A stretch of 64,000 nucleotides of DNA. Origin: Malassezia furfur (lineage: Eukaryota). Shown piece after piece: positions 54,650-64,000 of the stretch; position 1 is the stretch's first letter; the number at the start of each line of letters is the position of its first letter. The notes beneath the pieces are model-generated. The model made no database searches and was not told the DNA's origin. It saw nothing but the letters and a program-made list of their open reading frames with translations. Position numbers and translations under genes: made by a program. The stretch lies in the NCBI GenBank assembly GCA_052055015.1, contig JBQJIT010000016.1. The stretch is one strand, 5' to 3'.

Positions 54650-55834
54650 ATGACGAACGCATTCATTGTTGGCTCGAAGCGCACGGCATTTGGCTCTTTC
54701 GGTGGCAAGCTGAGCCAGATCAACGCTGCTCAGCTTGGTGGCCACGCCGCCAAGGCTGCGCTGGCTCAAGCTAAGGCTGATACCCCCATCTCGTCGACCG
54801 TCTTCGGTGTGGTGACCCAGTCGGACTCTACGACGCCCTACCTCTCCCGCCACGTCGGCCACCACGCCGGCCTGCCCATCACGGTGCCGGCCCTCACGAT
54901 CAACCGTCTGTGTGGCAGTGGGTTCCAGGCGGCGATCAACGCCTTCCAGGAGATCAAGAGTGGCGACTCCGAGGTGGTGCTCACCGGTGGCACGGAGAAC
55001 ATGAGCATGTCGCCCTACACGCTCCACGGTGTTCGCTTTGGTAACACGCGCTATGGCGTCGACCTCAAGCTGGCGGACAGCCTCGCGAGCTCCCTGGTCG
55101 ACCAGGTGCCCGTTCCTACCCCTATGGGTGTCACTGCTGAGAACCTCGCCGTGAAGTACGGCATCACGCGCGAGCAGTGCGACCAGTTCGCGCTCCAGTC
55201 GCAGCAGCGCTGGGCCGAGGCGAACAAGAACGGTGCCTTCAAGGACGAGATCGAGCCTATCGAAGTCAAGGTGAAGAAGGCCACTGAGACCTTCGAGGTG
55301 GACGAGCACCCGCGCGCGAACGCTTCGCTGGAGTCGCTTGCGAAGCTGCCCCCGGTGTTCAAGAAGGACGGTGTCGTGACCGCCGGTAACGCGTCGGGTA
55401 TCTCGGACGGTGCCGCGGCCAACGTGATTGCCAGCGAGGATGCGCTCACGAAGTACGGCCTCAAGCCCCTTGCGCGTATCGTTAGCTACGGTGTGACGGG
55501 CTGCGAGCCGTCGCTCATGGGCATTGGTCCCGTCGAGGCCTCGCGTGTGGCTCTCAAGCGCGCGGGTCTGACCATTGCTGATATGGACCTGATCGAGGTG
55601 AACGAGGCCTTTGCTGCCCAGTTCCTCGCGGTCCAGAAGGAGCTCGAGCTGCCTAACGACAAGACGAACATCAACGGTGGCGCTATCGCGCTCGGTCACC
55701 CGCTTGGCGCCAGCGGTGCCCGCATCATGGCGAACCTGACCTACAGCCTGCACCGCCTCGACAAGAAGTACGCTCTTGGCGCGGCCTGCATTGGTGGTGG
55801 CCAGGGTATCGCGGTTGTCCTTGAACGTGTTTAA
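54650..55834 (+). CDS. 3-ketoacyl-CoA thiolase (ACAA2-like)
   Basis: NRLCGSG, NEAFAAQ, GHPLGASG, CIGGGQG. Confidence 0.93.
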   Translation: MTNAFIVGSKRTAFGSFGGKLSQINAAQLGGHAAKAALAQAKADTPISSTVFGVVTQSDSTTPYLSRHVGHHAGLPITVPALTINRLCGSGFQAAINAFQEIKSGDSEVVLTGGTENMSMSPYTLHGVRFGNTRYGVDLKLADSLASSLVDQVPVPTPMGVTAENLAVKYGITREQCDQFALQSQQRWAEANKNGAFKDEIEPIEVKVKKATETFEVDEHPRANASLESLAKLPPVFKKDGVVTAGNASGISDGAAANVIASEDALTKYGLKPLARIVSYGVTGCEPSLMGIGPVEASRVALKRAGLTIADMDLIEVNEAFAAQFLAVQKELELPNDKTNINGGAIALGHPLGASGARIMANLTYSLHRLDKKYALGAACIGGGQGIAVVLERV

Positions 55835-55995
55835 ATAGCTCTTGGAATCGCCTCGACTTGAAAACCTGAACAGATAAGAAAAGCAAAATGAGCTCGTGCG
55901 AAGACGCTGGCGGGCAGAGCGGGGTAGGCTTGGCAGCACAAAAAACGGATGCGACACGTTCTAGAGCGATCTTCTGAGGAAAGAGTCTCGAGATT

Positions 55996-56085
55996 GACTT
56001 TATAACTCAGTTGGTTAGAGTACCACGTTAACAACGTGGAAACGGAATTCCGTGGAAGTCCCCGGTTCGAGCCCGGGTAAAGTCA
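55996..56085 (+). tRNA. tRNA-Val(AAC) with a probable 16-nt intron (56034-56049)
   Basis: Acceptor GACTTTA/TAAAGTC plus A73, D arm ACTC/GAGT, anticodon stem CCACG/CGTGG with AAC at 56030-56032, T arm CCCGG-TTCGAGC-CCGGG. Confidence 0.9.
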
Positions 56086-56095
56086 TTCTTTTTTT
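56086..56095 (+). terminator. RNA polymerase III oligo-T terminator
   Basis: TTCTTTTTTT immediately after the tRNA. Confidence 0.75.
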
Positions 56096-56114
56096 ATCCT
56101 GGTTGGGAGATGGC

Positions 56115-58879
56115 CTATTTTTTAGCGTGCGACCCGGCGAGTATGTCTTTCCAAGCCAGCAGAACTTGGAGGGTATCACGATCTGCTGGGTCGTCTTGAG
56201 GTTGAGAATGCTGTTCATGAGCACGAATCCATTCATAGAGGGTGGATGAGACCACATTCGTGGCTTCATTCGCATAGTCGTGCGAATGGGGTACGCCAAG
56301 GTCCAGCAGCCATTCTGCATACTCCAGCTTGTTTTTCCGGCACTGCTCATTGGGTAGCGGGAATGTGGCCGAGCGCGAAAAAAGATGCTGTGCCCAAAGG
56401 AACAGTGGCATCGCAAAGGCTTGCATGGCGACCGTAGGGTTGTGCAATTTGTCCGAAGGCAGGAACATAATGTTCCGAAAGTTTTGCAGGAAGGTGAATG
56501 CCCCGCCACAGTCTTCCAGTGTGGAAGTAGCCTCGTTAGGTGTAGAAATACAGGACAGCAACTGTTGCAAAGACGTCTCCAGCATCGAGATATCGCGGAC
56601 AATTTGCACCTTTTCGTCTTCCTCGTGCAGTCGGATCAAGGTCACGAACAGAAGGAAAGCCCGCAAGACAAACTGCACCAAATCTTTCACTGCCGTCTTG
56701 ACCTCGTCTAAAGCCGTAATACGGTTCAGAACGCCGTTTCGGAGCGACGTGAGTCGTGCGTGCAACTCCAACATATATGTACTCACTGGAGCTTTGTTCG
56801 GATGGGCTCCTGGCGCCGCTCTTGCCTTTTCGAGCTTGAACCGGGACATTCGTGCCAATACGCTCACCAGCTCAGCTTGAACCGACCGACACAACGGATC
56901 CATCAGGTCCTGGTGGAGTATACGGCTCGCCGTTCGTTCCCATTCCAAAGCCTGTTCAGAAACGTGGGCGTGAAGCGAATCGGAACGAGCGCGAAGGTCT
57001 TGTAGAAAGGCGATTAACACAGCCATCACAGCTGCATTTTGCAACTGCTGACGTGGGGGCTGCGGTTTTTGAAGTGTATACGCCAAGTCGTCGCGCGAAA
57101 TTTGGGTACTCAGGTCGACGAACATAGCATTTACCGCAGAAGAAAGTGTCTCGGCCACCCTGCTCGCCAGTCGCTCATCGGTAGCACATGCGCTGGACTC
57201 GGTCGTAACAATGCGCATCAGGGCGTGAGTCAGCGCAGGTGTGTCAGCCGCACTGCTTGGGCTGGACAGGAGGGTATGCACAAATTGTCGTCTCTCGCCC
57301 AATTCCTGGGTCACAGTCCGCAAGTACGACTGTTCAAGTTCGCCCAGCAGAGAGAGTACAGATTTGGGCCAATCCTCGTAGCCTGTCGGCACAGACGACT
57401 CGTCTGTTAGCAGTGCGATTCTCGCGAAAAGCTCCTTGAAGATGGCCAGCAGGTGAGGGTAGGTCGAAGTCACAATGAATCGCCAAAAGTCGGACTCCTC
57501 AATGCACTCGTGCACAATCATGCGAAAGTTGCGCGCAAAAGACATCCATAGCAGGTCAGTTGGCTTTTCGTGCAATTGCTGCGTAAGTATTCCGACATAC
57601 GTGCATCAAGGACTCCTGGAGTGTCGCGCCTGACTTGCTGGTATGCTTGGAGCGCAGGACATACTCGAGCATGTTAATCTTGGTAAAAATGGGTGCCATC
57701 TCATCGACGATTAACGAGCGCAGCTGCGTCCATACGCCCGATGTCCACTGTTGCAGGAGTTGTGCATCCTCGGCGGTCAGTGCACGGTCTGGAAGTTGGT
57801 AATGCATCGAGAGCAACGTCTTGAAGGAGAACGATGGTGGCTGGGCTTTCCCGAGCCCCTTGCCAATGGTGTACAAATCCAAGGCCGAGCGGATGCGCTC
57901 GAGCAAGACGGCATTGAGGTCCTCGATGAAGTTCTCGACCAGGCGCGCAAGCTGGTTGCGATGTTCGGCTGCCTGAAGCGCAAGACCGAGAAGCGCGGGC
58001 GACAGGTTCCGAAGACCGTACAGTAACGTATTCTCGACCTGCTCCTGGAGCAGCTGCGACGCATCCGGCAGCAGCGCCAGGTGCGGCGCAAGAAAGTCGA
58101 GCTGTACACAGTCCTCCCGTAGCTGTTTGTCCAGTTCGTCCTCATCTTCCCAAGGCTCGAGCAATTGCTCCAACTGCTCCAGTGTGATGCAGGCAGACAG
58201 AATGTGGGTCGCCTGTTGCTGCATTAACTTGGGATCTTGTCCGGAGCCTGCCGCTTCCGAGCCAAGAATGGTATCCATCTGAGAAGACAATCGTGTGCAC
58301 AAAGCAATCATCTCTTGTGCACGAAAAACGAGCTCTTCTCTCTCCTGCAGCGCTTCGAGGTGCGTTTGGTTTTCTTCGATGCGCCGAAGAGACGACGTGA
58401 CATTCGAGCGTGCGCTGCGTCAGTTTCCATCGCACGTACGATTTCACACGGTGATGAAGCTTGTTAAACTCTTGCAAGATGTCAGACACAGAGTCACGAA
58501 GAGGCGCGACGTTGGTGATGCGCTCCAGGAACTGCGTCGAATGCAAGGTGATCTGGGATGAGATTCGCACTTACCAGACCATGAATGTCCTGGTCGACCT
58601 CAGTGATGGACACATTCAAGCGGCTCAGTGCAACACGCATGTCTGTGTCAACTGATGCTACGCGGTTCGAGACATCCAGCGTGTTCTCCGACGCCGACCC
58701 CGGGTCCTGGGGCTGCGCCGGCGAGCTCAGAAACTGACTCGCGTACGTTTGTGCATCAAAGTCATCGCGCAGAAATACAGCGTGGTCTGCGTAAGTAGAT
58801 TTCACCTACCGAATGAGCCAGATCCGGGCTTCGCCGGGGCCGAGCTTTTCTCGGAGTGGGCCAAGCTCGTGTCGGCCAT
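56115..58879 (-). CDS. COG5: Conserved oligomeric Golgi complex subunit 5, 5 exons
   Basis: DHAVFLRDDFDAQTYA...ALSRLNVSITEVDQDIHGL, FWRFIVTSTYPHLL. Introns 58787-58809 (23), 58553-58574 (22), about 58415-58439 (25), 57579-57600 (22). Confidence 0.78.
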
Positions 58880-59045
58880 GGCAGCGCACCTCCGCAATTG
58901 TCGAACGCGGAGCGTGCACGCGCACGGGCTGGGAATTATGCAAGAATGGTAGGACCCGGCATCGGCGGGGGCGGTCGGACGGGCATAGACACTGGTTGAT
59001 GGTGCCTAGGCAGTGTCTATGAGCATGTTTCTGGAGAGTCGTGGT

Positions 59046-59566
59046 CTATGCTGGGGCGCCCGGTGCTTGCTTTGACCGGCTTTCAATTTCGCGCTGAATC
59101 AGCTCCTCCTGCCATTTCTGGATTTCCCTCTCGCTGGCAACGATCCCGCGCTGGCCCAGCTCGCGCATGGCGCGGTTCCGAATGAGGTTATCATGAGTAC
59201 GCTTTTCGTATTCGAACCGCTGCAGCGCGGTCTCGGCGGCAAACACCAACCCGATAGAAGCCGCTGTGTAAGTGTATAGACGTGCCTGACATAGTCAAGA
59301 ACGCTTTAAAGGCCAGCGTCTGGCGTCTTCATCATAAGTAGACCGACGTACCGGAACGAAGGAAAGATGTGGTGCGACGCGAAGACACCGGTAAAACCTA
59401 CGAAGCCCCACACCAAGGCTCCGCGAATGCCCGCACGCTGCATGAGCCACGCATTGCTCTTACGTACCACCTGGACCTGATGCGCATTTTTGACGTTCTC
59501 CTTATCGAACTGTCTCCGCTCTCGGTGGGTGAGCAAACCAGACGAAGACGACCCCCGCGAGTCCAT
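59046..59566 (-). CDS. Conserved-looking small two-TM membrane protein (weakly HIG1/Rcf-like), 4 exons
   Basis: Spliced GIRGALVWGFVG...FPSFRRQTLAFKAFLTMSAASIGLVFAAETALQRFE. Requires a GC-AG third intron. Confidence 0.65.
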
Positions 59567-59667
59567 CGCGTTCAACGTAGATCCGATCGGAGTAGCAACT
59601 CAGGGCCGGAGGCACGAATGTGGAGAAAAATGCGCCGAAAAAAAGTCATCCGGAAGCCTGCATCATT

Positions 59668-60521
59668 ATGGGCAGCTCGAAGAGTGGTGCGAATTCGAGC
59701 AGCGTAGTGGTGTCGCCAGGTACGTGATCTTTTCCTAACCAAGACGCCCTGCGGCTGGTGTATTCCTTTCTCTATACGCATGCGAAGCCGAAGCTTGCGT
59801 CCAAGCTTGCGGATCAATACCCTAAGCTGAATTTGGAGGAAGACGCGAGTCGCGCGGAGGAGCTGTCGAACGCGCTCGTGCACACGGTGACCAGTGCGCT
59901 GGCGGTCCCCAACTCTGAAATTGCCAAGGCGCTGAACGGGGAGAAGAAGAAAGCGCGCAAGTCGGAGGAAAAGGAGTCGAAGAAGTCGAAGAAGGCCAAG
60001 GTACGTGTGCGAGATTGACCGCAGAAGAATGACGACACACCTGCTCCCGTGGTCGAGGAGCCCGATGCGGCGAATGAGTCTGTCATGCAGGTGGACACCA
60101 CGGAGGCACCTGCGACGGCGCCCGAGACGGTCGCCGAGGTGTCGGTGACCGAGTCGCAGCCGACGGGCGAGACGGTCGTTACGGAAACTGTGCGCACTGA
60201 GGCCCCGAAGCCTTCCAAGAAGACGAAAACGCCAGGCGAGCGCTTCCAGCGGGTTAAGTCGGACCAGGCGACGTTCCTAGACGACCGCTTGCGCGATATG
60301 AGCTATGCGGCCAAGGTACGTGATGTGCTTATGCAGTCGGGTGCGGGTGACTATGGAGCGCGTGCAAATGCCGACCTGATCGTTACGCAGGGCAAGGCGT
60401 TCACGAAGGAGAAAAACAAAAAGAAGCGCGGAAGCTATCGCGGTGGAATTATTGACCAGGGGTCCCAGTACGTGTATGCACTTACACCAGCTCCATCAAA
60501 TTCACGTACGATGACGAATAA
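59668..60521 (+). CDS. SRP40: Srp40/Nopp140-like nucleolar protein, 5 exons
   Basis: LisH-like LRLVYSFL, C-terminal ERFQRV...YGARANADL...GKAFTKEKNKKKRGSYRGG...SHSIKF. Introns of 24, 24, 21 and 23 nt. Confidence 0.9.
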
Positions 60522-60527
60522 TTGTCG

Positions 60528-62398
60528 TCACATGGCGCGCTCGGTGCGCTCGCCGTGGGCTATCGCCTCATCCCACATGCCAATCTCGAGTCGAGTGGCC
60601 CTGTGTGAGTAGTCATCACGTACGTGTTCCATATTTCCTGGAGATGGTCCGTCTCTTCCACCGACGGCATCACGCGCGCGGCGCAGCGCTCGAGCATCTC
60701 CAGGGTAGACCGGACTGCGCCTTGGAAGTCGTCTCCACCGTATTCATCCAACCACGCCTCGTAGCTGGGGTCACGCGGGCCGCTCGGGGTGGGGTGCCGC
60801 TGGCGCTGCTCCTTGAGCCAGAGACCCACCTCGGCGTACCCAAATGCACACGACGCGACCGACACGAGCAGCGGGAGAATGCCTTCACGGGCCATATCCA
60901 TCACGTAGCGCGTGTAGGCCATCGTTGCGCGACTCTCTTCGGTGCGCTCGAGCTCGTCACGCGGAATGCCCGCGCGCTCACACACCGTCGCATGTACACG
61001 TGTCTCGTCAATGGCAGCCCGCGAAATAGTGAGATAGTCGCGCAAATCTTCCGGCGAGCACGTCGGATCGGAAGCCGCCGCGGCCCACACGCGGGCATAG
61101 TGCTTAAGGTACAGATAGTCTTGCCGCATGAACCACACGAACGCCGCCTTGGACAGCTTGCCTTCGCACATGCGCGCCACAAACGGATGGCGCGTGTACA
61201 AGTGCCACAGATGCCACGAACGCGCAATAAGTTTGGTTGCGAGCGGCGCCGCACACCGCGCTGTATGCATGGGAATGCCGCGCGGCATGATGTGCGAGCC
61301 ATGATTAAGCGGCCCCGCACCCTTGCCAAGGTCCTCGATGCTGCTCTGCAGCGCCTCTTGCAGAAACTGGAGGCCGTGCGCCACGGCGACCCGCAGCGGA
61401 AGTCCGTGCGCATGCGCCGCACAGATCGCCGACGACAGCGTACACCCCGTGCCGTGCGTTGCGCTTGTCGAGATCGTCGGCTTAATGAACACCGTCGTGT
61501 GCTGCGTCGCAGACTCGTATAGCACGTCGACCGTGTAGGAGGATGGGCCGACGTCAGGCAGGTTGCGGCGTAGGACACGCATGTCGCTGGGGCCACGTAC
61601 GAGGAATACGTCAAGCCGTGGCGCTTGGAACGCAGATGCACCCAGCACCTGTGCAATGTCACTACGTTCGCTGCGCTCGACGCGCGTAGAGAGTGCCGCC
61701 GTGCCGTGTGCATCGCGCGTCGTCGACACGCGCGTGTCGCTGAAACCGGCGATCGCTTCGTCGTCGGTGCATAGCGGAAGCGAGACACCCGCAGCTCGGA
61801 GCGACTCTTGCAGATCGTCGTGTGCAATGGGAACGTGTCCGCCCTTGACGAGTACGTTGGCGACGCCCAGGCGCGCAATGGACTGGGCCGAGGCCATCAT
61901 CTTGGCAAGGTCATTCGTCGCAGCTGGCGGGGTTACGCCGGCGTTCTGGAGGATCGCGTCGGTCTCGGGCAGATTGGGGGTGAGCAGCGTACACAGCGGA
62001 AAAAGTCCTTCGATCAGCGCGCCGATTGCGTCGCGTTGGAGCAGGAGCGAGCCCGAGGTCGAGACCATCACGGGATCCAACACGACGGGCACGGCGTGCT
62101 GCTTCTGCCACGCGGCGATGCATTGTATGACCTCGCGAACGATGGGCGCATTGGCAAGCATCCCAATCTTGATGGCGTCGATGCGCACATCGGTCGCGAC
62201 CGAGTCAAACTGCGCACGCACAAACGCCGGGTCGGGCGTGTGGACGCTCTGTACGCCCTGGGTGTTTTGGGCGGTGAGCGCGGTCAGCACCGACATGCCG
62301 TACGTCTGCAGGGCAAGGAACGTCTTGAGGTCCGCTTGGATCCCGGCGCCACCGCCGGAGTCGGAGCCCGCGATGGTCAGTGTGCGCGGAAGGGCCAT
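60528..62398 (-). CDS. THI20: HMP/HMP-P kinase fused to TenA thiaminase II (Thi20-like), 2 exons
   Basis: [62 protein letters not shown] after a 23-nt intron at 60601-60623. Confidence 0.9.
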
Positions 62399-62469
62399 GG
62401 TACGTGCGGGGTAGGCAGCAGGGCTTCGGGCGCACGGCGCGCCGGCCTCCACACGCCGCCTGTTCTTCC

Positions 62470-64000
62470 ATGGCGACGGCCGATCCGTTGTCGTACGTCA
62501 GCTCGACGCGCGCGTTTGCCTACCTGACCGAGCGCGGCGAGGATGCGCTGCATGCCGTCAAAGAGGCACTCGGCTCTGGGTCGAACAAGTATCTCGACGC
62601 CGACCCCAGCGCGATCCGCAAGCAGCTCGAAAGTGGGAGCGACGTCGAGCGCCTCGAAGGAGTCAAGCATGTGCTCGCCCTAATCTCCAAGGGGCGCGAC
62701 CCGACACCGTTCCTCGCGTCGGTGTTTAAGCTGGCATCTACGACCTCGCTCGAGGTGCGCAAGCTCGTGTACATCGTCGTGCTCCGGTATGCGCGCACAC
62801 AGCCCGACCTGGCCCTGCTGTCGATCAACAGCTTCCAGCGCGACCTTACCGAGCCCAACGCACTGATCCGCGGCATGGCGCTGCGTACGCTCAGTGGCAT
62901 GCGTGTCAAGGCTGCCGAGTCGATCGTGACGCTTGCTATTGGCAAGGCAGTGCGCGATACCCATCCCTACGTCCGTCGCGTCGCGGCGTATGCGCTGATG
63001 CGCAGCTACCAGGCGGACCCAGACAATGCCGAGACGTACGTCGATCTGGTGCACACGCTCCTGCGCGATCGCTCGCCCCAGGTCCTTGGCCCGGCGCTCG
63101 CCGCATACACGGCAATCTGCCCCGACAAGTGGGACATGCTGCATCGGCACTTCCGCAAGCTGTGCTATGCGCTCAGCGACATGGACGCCTGGTCGCAGCC
63201 GGGCGCTGTCAACCTGCTTGTGCACTACGCGCGCCTGCACCTCCCGGAGCCACACGACGGGCAGGACATGGATCCCGATCTTGCGCTGCTCGTCGACCAC
63301 ATCGAGCCGCTGCTTGCCAGCACCAACCCTGGCGTGGTGGCGGCAGCCGTACAGGCCCTGCTGTCTGTAGCGCCCACGGCACGGCACCGACGCGCTGTCG
63401 CGGCCCTCGTGCGTCTCGTGCGTGATACGCCGGACGTGGCCTACGTCGCGACGCTGCGTGTGCTTGCGCTGGACGCCGCCTACATCCCTCTGGTCGCGCC
63501 GATGGCCGCGCACTTTTACGTGCGTGCCGACGACCCCGAGTACTTGGCGCGCGCCAAGCTACGTGTGCTGCTCCGCGTCGCGCAGCCGAGCACGGCGCGG
63601 GCGCTGGCCGACGAGCTCGTCGTGTATACCCAGGCGGCATCCATCGCCGTAGCGCTCGACAGCGTCACGGCGCTGGGGAACGTCGCGTGCCGCTTCGACG
63701 CCCATGCAGCACACTGTCTCAAGCTGCTCATCGGCATCGCACAGGACCCAAGCAGCCCTGAGCCGGTCGCCAGCCGCGCTGTGCAGGTGGCCAAGATGCT
63801 CATGGCGATCCCCAACGTGATCGGCGACAAGGTCGTTGTGCGCGTGGTTGCACAGTTTGCGCTGCGCCTCTTTGCACCGCTCGCACGTGCGGGGAGACCC
63901 AAGGACGCGCACTTGCCATCCATCCTGCTCGATCCGTCGTCGCGCGCCGCAGCGCTGTGGATGCTCGGGCAATATGCGCGTGCGACGCTGGTGCCGGCCA
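62470..64000 (+). CDS. APL6: AP-3 adaptor beta subunit (3'-truncated by window edge)
   Basis: LISKGRD...SLEVRKLVYI...PDLALLSINSFQRDL...LIRGMALRTLS, LHRHFRKLC...DMDAWSQ. Open to the window end. Confidence 0.88.
   Translation, partial: MATADPLSYVSSTRAFAYLTERGEDALHAVKEALGSGSNKYLDADPSAIRKQLESGSDVERLEGVKHVLALISKGRDPTPFLASVFKLASTTSLEVRKLVYIVVLRYARTQPDLALLSINSFQRDLTEPNALIRGMALRTLSGMRVKAAESIVTLAIGKAVRDTHPYVRRVAAYALMRSYQADPDNAETYVDLVHTLLRDRSPQVLGPALAAYTAICPDKWDMLHRHFRKLCYALSDMDAWSQPGAVNLLVHYARLHLPEPHDGQDMDPDLALLVDHIEPLLASTNPGVVAAAVQALLSVAPTARHRRAVAALVRLVRDTPDVAYVATLRVLALDAAYIPLVAPMAAHFYVRADDPEYLARAKLRVLLRVAQPSTARALADELVVYTQAASIAVALDSVTALGNVACRFDAHAAHCLKLLIGIAQDPSSPEPVASRAVQVAKMLMAIPNVIGDKVVVRVVAQFALRLFAPLARAGRPKDAHLPSILLDPSSRAAALWMLGQYARATLVPA

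Overview
Eukaryotic fungal DNA that is extremely gene-dense and GC-rich. The compaction, GTRYGT...CTRAC..YAG micro-introns and gene set fit a Malassezia-type basidiomycete yeast (inference, not a database match). I reconstruct about 38 protein-coding genes and one intron-containing tRNA-Val(AAC). The proteins are mostly housekeeping: SEC24, GOT1, CDK8, eIF2B-alpha, DRS1, DMA1, KRR1, a SNF2 helicase, GGTase-I beta, RLI1, SPX-RING, beta-COP, MRF1, SGF29, RRN6, enolase, STE23, DBR1, a delta-12-type desaturase, NAF1, two malate synthases, a SAPS protein, a thiolase, COG5, SRP40, THI20 and AP-3 beta. Several small genes (Emr1/Mco6-like, SCOC/Slo1-like, cytochrome b5-like) are absent or fragmented in the ORF track and appear only after splicing. 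Highlights: (1) dozens of spliceosomal introns of 21-26 nt with an apparent floor at 21 nt, including a 22-nt GC-AG intron and stop-free in-frame introns inside conserved motifs; (2) an intact tandem malate synthase paralog with a remodelled active site (catalytic Asp to Glu, TWVAHP to GCVSDP); (3) convergent genes whose stop codons overlap or abut. I saw no transposon, CRISPR array, rRNA gene or centromere. Coordinates were counted by hand and may be off by 1-2 nt, and exon structures are inferred from protein-motif continuity.
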